Of a DNA stretch of 64,000 nucleotides, positions 57,764 through 64,000 are shown in pieces. The stretch is taken from assembly GCA_963703315.1 (NCBI GenBank), contig OY969811.1, positions 608,001-672,000 on the forward strand, in the 5' to 3' direction. Each line of letters opens with the position of its first letter. Position 1 is the stretch's first letter. Under the pieces are notes generated by a model. The model had not been told where the DNA came from. It searched no databases and worked only from the letters and a program-made list of their open reading frames with translations. Both the position numbers and the translations under genes were made by a program. The DNA comes from an uncultured cyanobacterium. Lineage in GTDB: Bacteria > Cyanobacteriota > Cyanobacteriia > Pseudanabaenales > Pseudanabaenaceae.

Positions 57764-59125
57764 ATGAGCGCTATAACCGTTAATCCTGTTGCTAATCCTA
57801 TTGTTAGCCTGAAGTCCAACACATTAAACATCGCTACAGATGAATATGGACTGCTCACTGATCTCTATCAACTGACGATGGGGGCTTGCTATGTACAAGA
57901 GGGTTGCGATCGCAAGCGGGCGAGTTTTGAATTATTTGTGCGTCGTCTTCCCGAAGGATTTGGCTACTTAATCGCAATGGGAATTGCCCAAGCAGTAGAA
58001 TACTTGCAAAATCTTCATTTCACTACAGAACAGATTACCGCTCTACAAGCAACGGGAATCTTTGCTAATGCCGATCGCCGCTTTTGGGAATTGTTAAAAA
58101 ACTTTCGCTTTGAGGGCGATCTGTGGGCAGTCCCAGAGGGAACAGCAATGTTTGCCAATGAGCCTTTTTTAAGAATAGAAGCTCCACTCTGGCAAGCGCA
58201 ATTAGTGGAAACCTATTTACTAAATACGATCAACTATCAAACCTTGATTGCTACTAGAGCCGCGAGAATGCGTGATGTTGCAGGCGATCGCATTACTCTT
58301 TTAGAATTTGGCACAAGACGCGCTTTCAGTCCCCAAGCTTCTCTCTGGGCAGCCAGAGCCGCCCTCGCCGCAGGAATGGATGCAACTTCTAATGTATTAG
58401 CAGCGCTGAAACTGGGTAGACAACCAAGCGGCACAATGGCTCATGCGTTAGTCATGGCACTGAATGCAACTGAAGGAAGTGAATCTCAAGCCTTTGCCGC
58501 TTTCCATCAAGTTTTTCCTAATAGTGCATTATTAATCGATACCTTTGACACGATCGCTGCTGCTCGTAATCTTGCGGAAAAAGTAAAATCTGGTGAGATG
58601 GAAGTAAAAGGAGTTCGCATTGATTCAGGAGATATTGCCGCAGTTTCTAAGGAAGTAAAAGCGCTACTTCCCGATACTGCAATATTTGCTAGTGGCGATA
58701 TTGACGAAGCTGAGATTATCCGTCTCAAAGCATTAGGTGCACCCATTGATGGCTATGGCATTGGTACAAAATTGGTCACAGGTGCGCCCGTAAATGGAGT
58801 TTATAAATTAGTGGAAATTGATAATATTCCTGTTTCCAAAAAATCAAGCGGCAAACAATCGATCGCAGGTCGCAAACAAATCTGGCGCAGTTTTGAGAAT
58901 GGAATTATGAAGGGCGATCGCCTCACCCATATTTCCGAATTTCCTCAACCCAATGAGCAGCCTCTCCTAGAGTGCATCATGCACAATGGCGAACTACTAA
59001 AGTCTTTGGATGATTTGGAGGCGATCGCCCAACGTACTCGCAAATCTGTGCAGTCTTTACCGCCATCAGTTCGCAATATCACTAAACCAGCGACAATTCT
59101 CGTCTTAGTTGATATGAAATTTTAA
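57764..59125 (+). CDS. pncB: Nicotinate phosphoribosyltransferase
   Basis: Motifs LLTDLYQLTM, EFGTRRA, TSNV, GTMAHA, LIDTFD, VRIDSGD and GVYKLV. Confidence 0.96.
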   Translation: MSAITVNPVANPIVSLKSNTLNIATDEYGLLTDLYQLTMGACYVQEGCDRKRASFELFVRRLPEGFGYLIAMGIAQAVEYLQNLHFTTEQITALQATGIFANADRRFWELLKNFRFEGDLWAVPEGTAMFANEPFLRIEAPLWQAQLVETYLLNTINYQTLIATRAARMRDVAGDRITLLEFGTRRAFSPQASLWAARAALAAGMDATSNVLAALKLGRQPSGTMAHALVMALNATEGSESQAFAAFHQVFPNSALLIDTFDTIAAARNLAEKVKSGEMEVKGVRIDSGDIAAVSKEVKALLPDTAIFASGDIDEAEIIRLKALGAPIDGYGIGTKLVTGAPVNGVYKLVEIDNIPVSKKSSGKQSIAGRKQIWRSFENGIMKGDRLTHISEFPQPNEQPLLECIMHNGELLKSLDDLEAIAQRTRKSVQSLPPSVRNITKPATILVLVDMKF

Positions 59126-59155
59126 AGAAAGAAAAACTCAGGTCAAGTTAATTGC

Positions 59156-59246
59156 GTAACTGGGCATCATTAAAAAACTGTGGCGCACGCGCAGCGTGCG
59201 CCACAGTTTTTTGGACTTTATAACTTTAATTGCGCCTAGCTACTTA
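59156..59246. mobile_element. MITE-like family B (core TGTGGCGCACGC), left end eroded
   Basis: Core CTGTGGCGCACGC-GCA-GCGTGCGCCACAG; right end TTAATTGCGCCTAGCTACTTA. Confidence 0.8.
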
Positions 59247-59342
59247 TTGAGAAAATAAAGAAATCTGTATTAATGGTTTCAATCTGACATAAGTTGTTAT
59301 TATTCTTAACATAAATAAATCTTTTCTTTCTGGTTTTTGATA

Positions 59343-59669
59343 ATGCAAGTAATGAATTCTGGTTGGACACAAAATGAAGAAGATATAGCCCGTAAAGCTT
59401 TTGACATTGCCTATAAACGTGAAACTACCGCCCTGATCGAGTCAGTGCGTTACAGGGCTAGCAGTTTGACTGAACTAGAAGATATGTGGAGTTTGCACGA
59501 TTTCTTGAGTGTCAAGCGTCATGAGGTCGATGGTCGATACGATTACAATCTGCCTACGCTCATCTTTGTGTTTGCGGGTCTAGTTAAGGACGGATGGATT
59601 ACGGTCAAAGAGCTTGAAGGATTAGATGCAGATAAGATCGCCAAGATTGTCGCTTTAACATATATGTAA
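59343..59669 (+). CDS. frp: Fluorescence recovery protein (start 59343 inferred)
   Basis: Motifs WTQNE..IA..AF..AY.RE, W.LHDFLS.KRHEVDGRYD and LIFVFA.LVKDGW. Confidence 0.93.
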   Translation: MQVMNSGWTQNEEDIARKAFDIAYKRETTALIESVRYRASSLTELEDMWSLHDFLSVKRHEVDGRYDYNLPTLIFVFAGLVKDGWITVKELEGLDADKIAKIVALTYM

Positions 59670-60004
59670 TTTCTGGTAGCAATACTTGCTACAAATTTTT
59701 TAAATTATAGTTTTTCTTAATATCTATCCTTAGAGGTCTTGAAACTGCGATCGCAATGTGAGTTCATATATCTAGGAAAATTCAGAAAATCTGAGTGAAA
59801 TCAATCACTCAGATATATACTTAACAGTTAATAATCACCCTAAAAAGAATGAATTGTTTGTAAAACTTTTGAATTCTCAATTGGGTGTGAATTAGCTAAA
59901 AGTCACTTAACCTTGAAGTTCTACGTCGAACTTGGGAGTTAATTGGATTCCTTCATGTATGTCCATGAATTTAAATTCTTCAGTCAAAATCCAAAAACAT
60001 TCCT

Positions 60005-60964
60005 ATGACCTATACCATCTCCTCAGCCAGAAACATTTTTCCTAACACCTTAGCTGCGGACGTTGTACCAGCTACTACAGCAAGATTTAATCAGCTTAGT
60101 CCCGAAGACCAACTAGCTTGGATTTGGTTTACTTACCTTGAAATGGGCAAAACTGTAACGATCGCGGCTCCTGGTGCTGCAAGTATGCAGTTGGCTGAGT
60201 TGACCTTGAATGAAATCAAGAAGATGAGTTTTCAGCAACAAACTCAGGTTATGTGTGACCTAGCCAATCGTGCTGATACTCCGATCTGTCGTACCTATGC
60301 GATTTGGTCTCAAAATATCAAACTAGGTTTTTGGTATCAACTCGGTAAGTGGATGGAAGAAGGAATTGTGGCTCCTATTCCTGAAGGTTATCGTCTGTCT
60401 GCAAATGCTTCAGCAGTTCTAGAGACCTTGAAGAATTTAGAGGCAGGTCAACAAATCACGATTTTGCGTAATGCCGTAGTAGATATGGGCTTTGATCCTA
60501 ACAAATTGGGCGGCTATACTCGTGTTGCTGAACCAGTAGAAGCTCCAAAGGAGATGTCAAAACGTACTCAGGTCAGTATTGAAGGTGTTGATAATCCTAC
60601 AGTATTGTCTTATATGGACAACCTCAACGCCAATGACTTTGATGCTTTGATCGAGTTATTCCTTCCTGATGGTGCTTTGCAACCTCCATTCCAAAGACCA
60701 ATTGTGGGCAAAGATGCAGTTCTTCGCTTCTTTAAAGAAGAATGTCAGAATCTGGTACTTGTCCCTGAAAGAGGTATTTCGGAGCCTGCGGATGGTGGTT
60801 ATACTCAGATTAAAATTACTGGCAAAGTGCAAACCCCTTGGTTCGGTTCTGGTGTTGGTATGAACATCTCTTGGCGTTTTCTACTTGACCCCAATAATAA
60901 GATTTTCTTTGTGGCGATCGACTTGCTCGCATCTCCTAAAGAATTGTTGAACTTGATCCGTTAA
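60005..60964 (+). CDS. ocp: Orange carotenoid protein (OCP1, 319 aa)
   Basis: Motifs TISSARNIFP, EDQLAWIWFTY, LQPPFQRPIVG, GKVQTPWFG and FFVAIDLLASPKELL; adjacent to frp. Confidence 0.97.
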   Translation: MTYTISSARNIFPNTLAADVVPATTARFNQLSPEDQLAWIWFTYLEMGKTVTIAAPGAASMQLAELTLNEIKKMSFQQQTQVMCDLANRADTPICRTYAIWSQNIKLGFWYQLGKWMEEGIVAPIPEGYRLSANASAVLETLKNLEAGQQITILRNAVVDMGFDPNKLGGYTRVAEPVEAPKEMSKRTQVSIEGVDNPTVLSYMDNLNANDFDALIELFLPDGALQPPFQRPIVGKDAVLRFFKEECQNLVLVPERGISEPADGGYTQIKITGKVQTPWFGSGVGMNISWRFLLDPNNKIFFVAIDLLASPKELLNLIR

Positions 60965-60974
60965 AATCCAAAGC

Positions 60975-61024
60975 AATAAAGAGCTTAGAAGCATTGCTTT
61001 ACAGTGCTTCTAAGCTCTTTATTG
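60975..61024 (+). terminator. Hairpin between ocp and crtW
   Basis: CAATAAAGAGCTTAGAAGCA...TGCTTCTAAGCTCTTTATTG. Confidence 0.55.
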
Positions 61025-61062
61025 TCTCCTTTGCCTAATCGTAATAGCGATCGCGATAAATT

Positions 61063-61926
61063 ATGAATAGCTCCAATAATTTGCGATCAAATAATTTGCC
61101 TACTTGTTCGCTACAAAAAGTATTTACTAAAGTATCTATAGCGTTTCACAGGCTAGTGAATTACAGAATTGTTTCCCCGCCTTTAGCGGGGAAACAATTC
61201 TCTAAAAATCGCTACATATCTGATGACTGGAATGGCATATTAATTGTCATTACTATTTTCAGTCTTTGGTTTGTTAGCTTATTTAGCTTACTTTCAACTT
61301 CAGTTGTAAATATTTCTTGGTTTTGGTTAATTGCCGCTATTTGGGGGCGGACATTTCTCCATACTGGCTTATTTATTCTTGCCCATGACGCGATGCACGG
61401 CAATCTCGTCCCTAGTAATAGAAATCTAAATAATATTATCGGTTGGCTTGCGGTTAGAATTTATGCTCTTCTACCCTACGATCGCTGTTCTCTAAATCAC
61501 GCTAATCACCATCGCTATCCTTCTCAAACTGGCGATCCTGATTTTCATGGTGGTCTGTCACATCCGATATTTTGGTACTGTAAGTTCTTGAGCGAATACT
61601 TTTCATGGCGATCGCTCATCATTTTCTTAGCTAGCATGATCATCATATTTGGAAGCTTGATGATTATATGTAAGGTTGCCCTAGTAAACCTAATTCTCTT
61701 TTGGCTTGTTCCGCTTATCCTTAGCTCCATACAGTTGTTTTACTTTGGGACATATCTTCCCCATCATCAAGTTTACCCAAATCCAAATTTCTCTCCTCGG
61801 ATTGAGTCTAGTTTCTATTCTGTTTTATGGTCTTTTTTAAGTTGCTATAACTTCGGTCATTACCATTGGGAACATCATGAATATCCTAAAACCCCTTGGT
61901 ATAGATTGCCTAACATTCATCAATAG
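61063..61926 (+). CDS. crtW: Beta-carotene ketolase, CrtW type, with an in-frame MITE in the N-terminus
   Basis: His boxes HDAMHG, HANHH and HWEHH; motifs TFLHTGLFI, DPDFH, QLFYFGTYLPH and PWYRLP. Confidence 0.9.
   Translation: MNSSNNLRSNNLPTCSLQKVFTKVSIAFHRLVNYRIVSPPLAGKQFSKNRYISDDWNGILIVITIFSLWFVSLFSLLSTSVVNISWFWLIAAIWGRTFLHTGLFILAHDAMHGNLVPSNRNLNNIIGWLAVRIYALLPYDRCSLNHANHHRYPSQTGDPDFHGGLSHPIFWYCKFLSEYFSWRSLIIFLASMIIIFGSLMIICKVALVNLILFWLVPLILSSIQLFYFGTYLPHHQVYPNPNFSPRIESSFYSVLWSFLSCYNFGHYHWEHHEYPKTPWYRLPNIHQ
61137..61216. mobile_element. MITE-like family A inside crtW
   Basis: TATAGCGTTTCACAGGCTAGTGAA...GAATTGTTTCCCCGC/GCGGGGAAACAATTC...CGCTACA, flanked by TATC on both sides. Confidence 0.85.
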
Positions 61927-62008
61927 TGAAGTCGCTCTGGGGCAAGGCGTGCAGCTAGCGATCGCTGTCGATCTTCCGTACTTGGGTCGTTAAATACAAA
62001 CTGAGTGA

Positions 62009-62914
62009 TTAAAAATATAAGAGTTCAATCCCTGACTCTGTGCAAGCAGTTGCGAGTAAATCGCTAAGCTCTAATTCCATTGCCCACTTTTGCAAATACT
62101 CAAAATCTAAGCGATCGCCCTGCAATTTCAACACCCCTAAAACATCGCGCCATTGCCTCTGAGATTCATTTTTAGTCATGCGATACCAAGTCAACTTTTG
62201 CAAAATAATATCTTCGGGAGTTGGTAATACCAACATTTGATCGGGATTTTGCCTAACAAGTTGCGATCGGCGGCGTTGAAACTCAATTTGGGGGAAAGCA
62301 TTATCTTTGAGAATAAAAATATCTACTTTTCCAAGAGATTCATTATCAATTAAATTAAATGAGCGTTTGAATCTAATTGCATCTCTTACTGCATCTTCGG
62401 AAACATAAAATCTTGGTTGTAAAGATTGCAATAACAGATCTATTTTTTCTATCTTGATGTCAGCGACAATATCCACATCTTCAGTCGCTCGCATTTCTCC
62501 CATCAATGTACTTGCAACCGAACCACCAATTAAGTAAGGAATATCCAGTGCATTCAGAATCTCAGCAACATCAAGGGCAAGGGAAATGGGATCGATAAGC
62601 ATAAGCGTTTGACTATATTCAGAAATAAGTTGATAAATAGAGTCAGGGAAGCTAGATTTTAGCGTGGCTCTAGCAAATTCGTATCTTAGCTTTGATAGGC
62701 TTGCCTCTGGATACCTTTGTCTAAGACCAATTAAACACAATTCCAAACAGCCCTCTGTCCAGCTACTCAACTTATTAGCTTTTTGAATTTGTGTCAAAGA
62801 TTTCCACAAGTCAAATAGATACATCTCCGCATCGATGGTGGTATCGATGGATTGGGTTTTGTATCCCGCAGGTACGCGGCGATCGCCTGTTCCTTTAACC
62901 TCTAACGCTTTCAT
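62009..62914 (-). CDS. Small helical domain fused to a minimal nucleotidyltransferase (DUF6036/AbiEii-like) domain (start 62914 inferred)
   Basis: NTase motifs YLIGGSVAS..G..RATEDVDIV, KVDIF, PEDIILQKL.W and QWRDV; AGGA RBS before ATG 62914. Confidence 0.7.
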   Translation of the reverse strand: MKALEVKGTGDRRVPAGYKTQSIDTTIDAEMYLFDLWKSLTQIQKANKLSSWTEGCLELCLIGLRQRYPEASLSKLRYEFARATLKSSFPDSIYQLISEYSQTLMLIDPISLALDVAEILNALDIPYLIGGSVASTLMGEMRATEDVDIVADIKIEKIDLLLQSLQPRFYVSEDAVRDAIRFKRSFNLIDNESLGKVDIFILKDNAFPQIEFQRRRSQLVRQNPDQMLVLPTPEDIILQKLTWYRMTKNESQRQWRDVLGVLKLQGDRLDFEYLQKWAMELELSDLLATACTESGIELLYF

Positions 62915-62943
62915 AATCCTCAGATGTATAACTTGGCGTGAAT

Positions 62944-63040
62944 TACAGCGCTTTGCGCTCAAACCCGAACCAAGAAATTTTTAAAAGCGTTGCAAAGCAA
63001 CGCTTTTAAAAATTTCTTGTGGTTCTTTTGATCGAAAAAG
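62944..63040. mobile_element. MITE-like family C variant
   Basis: TACAGCGCTTTGCGCT start identical to the copy at 46068; 23-bp arms CAAGAAATTTTTAAAAGCGTTGC around an AAA loop. Confidence 0.7.
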
Positions 63041-63048
63041 TCATTAGT

Positions 63049-63999
63049 TCATCGTTTGAGACGATTGATTTGCTCTTGCAGTTCATCGATTTGACGCTTG
63101 AGGCGATCGGCTTCAGTTTCGGACTTTTGAGTTTCTTGAGGAGTTTGCGAAATATCGACTGCCCCAGTCGTGTCGCCGCGCTTGTAGTTTCCAGACTTGA
63201 TATTGCGATATTCTTCCGAATCTGCCCAATCACGGATATAGTGAACGCGCTCAACAGGAAAAGGATGACTGAGCATCGAGCCAGCACCAAAACCGTTGTA
63301 GAGCATAAATTTATAGATTTGATTGAGATTATCTTTATCAAGTTCTTGATAAGCATCCGATTGACGGATAAATTCGGGCAAGCTTAACTCGTGAGCAAAA
63401 GCCGAACTTCCACCCGATAGCTTCATCATTGTGGAGAGAACTGTATCTAGGTTGTCAGTGACTAAAAATGCGGCGCGATCGCTAGATAATTCTGCCTTGC
63501 GTCGCCATTCAAAAAAGGCGTAAATCAACCCACTGCTGACGATACCACCTAAACCGAAAGTCATTTCGCTAATGGTCGAAACTACACTCATCACCCACAT
63601 CGCCATTTGGATGAGCGTGGTGTGACCGCACTTGATATGACCAAGTTCATGGGCAAGTACAGAGCGAATTTCTTCTTCGGTTAACAGGTCTAATAATCCT
63701 GAATTAATCACAATGTAGGGGTGATCTTTGCCGAGCGCATAACTATTTGCCACAGGATTTTGGGAGACAAATAGAACTGGTTCAGGTTGGACATCGAGAT
63801 CAGCAACACATTCCCTAAAAATCCGATGAATCGTGGCATATTGGCGGTGACTAACCTGAATGCTATTGCCAATGTGGTAAATCGTCTGCGGACGCTCGTA
63901 CATAAACTCGACAAATTTACCCGCCACGAGGTCAAACCCTGGTACGCTGCGGAGGGCTTGTTCGGCTTGGCGATCGAGGGGATGTCGAAAGGCTTCGCT
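63049..63999 (-). CDS. M48 family Zn metallopeptidase (5' end lies outside the window)
   Basis: Frame is open to the window edge (SEAFRHPLDRQAE); motifs HELGH, AELSSDRA and SHPFPVER. Confidence 0.93.
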   Translation of the reverse strand, partial: SEAFRHPLDRQAEQALRSVPGFDLVAGKFVEFMYERPQTIYHIGNSIQVSHRQYATIHRIFRECVADLDVQPEPVLFVSQNPVANSYALGKDHPYIVINSGLLDLLTEEEIRSVLAHELGHIKCGHTTLIQMAMWVMSVVSTISEMTFGLGGIVSSGLIYAFFEWRRKAELSSDRAAFLVTDNLDTVLSTMMKLSGGSSAFAHELSLPEFIRQSDAYQELDKDNLNQIYKFMLYNGFGAGSMLSHPFPVERVHYIRDWADSEEYRNIKSGNYKRGDTTGAVDISQTPQETQKSETEADRLKRQIDELQEQINRLKR

Positions 64000-64000
64000 A

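Larger units (their letters stand above)
1..64000. repeat. HIP1 octamer GCGATCGC dispersed through the window
   Basis: Very frequent GCGATCGC in coding and non-coding sequence, a hallmark of many cyanobacterial genomes. Confidence 0.95.

Noticed and set aside
59857..59874. HLR1 (RpaB) site upstream of ocp
   Set aside because: Only one good half-site (TTTACAAA on the - strand); too weak to call in AT-rich DNA.
61927..61993. GC-richer stretch reading EVALGQGVQLAIAVDLPYLGR*
   Set aside because: Possibly a gene remnant, but it has no start codon and no recognisable family.

Overview
Chromosomal window from a cyanobacterium. HIP1 (GCGATCGC) is dense throughout, and gene content and repeat style suggest a Pseudanabaena-like organism (inference). 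Most of it is housekeeping and photosynthesis related: panC-cmk, lptA-lptB-lptF/G, mutS, glcE/F, psbX-ycf66, a CbbR/NdhR-type LysR regulator, sbpA-cysT-cysW, malQ, gshA, menE, map, pilT, cpcS, cysE, codA, aroQ, ccmK, pncB and frp-ocp-crtW, plus tRNA-Cys, a CAU tRNA (probably Ile2) and tmRNA. The unusual material is mostly small mobile DNA. (1) A solitary integron-type gene cassette carries a DUF433/DUF5615 toxin-antitoxin pair and ends in a well-formed attC site; it sits inside a duplicated ~70-bp intergenic spacer whose first copy is split by a WD40 gene. (2) Several families of ~80-120-bp TA-flanked MITE-like elements carry interchangeable GC-rich hairpins, most with C-(G/A)NA-G triloops; one family encloses a GTAG-REP doublet. 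(3) Three palindromic elements sit in frame inside proteins: a lipoprotein signal peptide, the CrtW N-terminus and a MenE linker. An AT-rich pair encoding AlkB and a membrane-anchored methyltransferase-like protein also deserves follow-up. No CRISPR array, integrase or transposase gene was seen.
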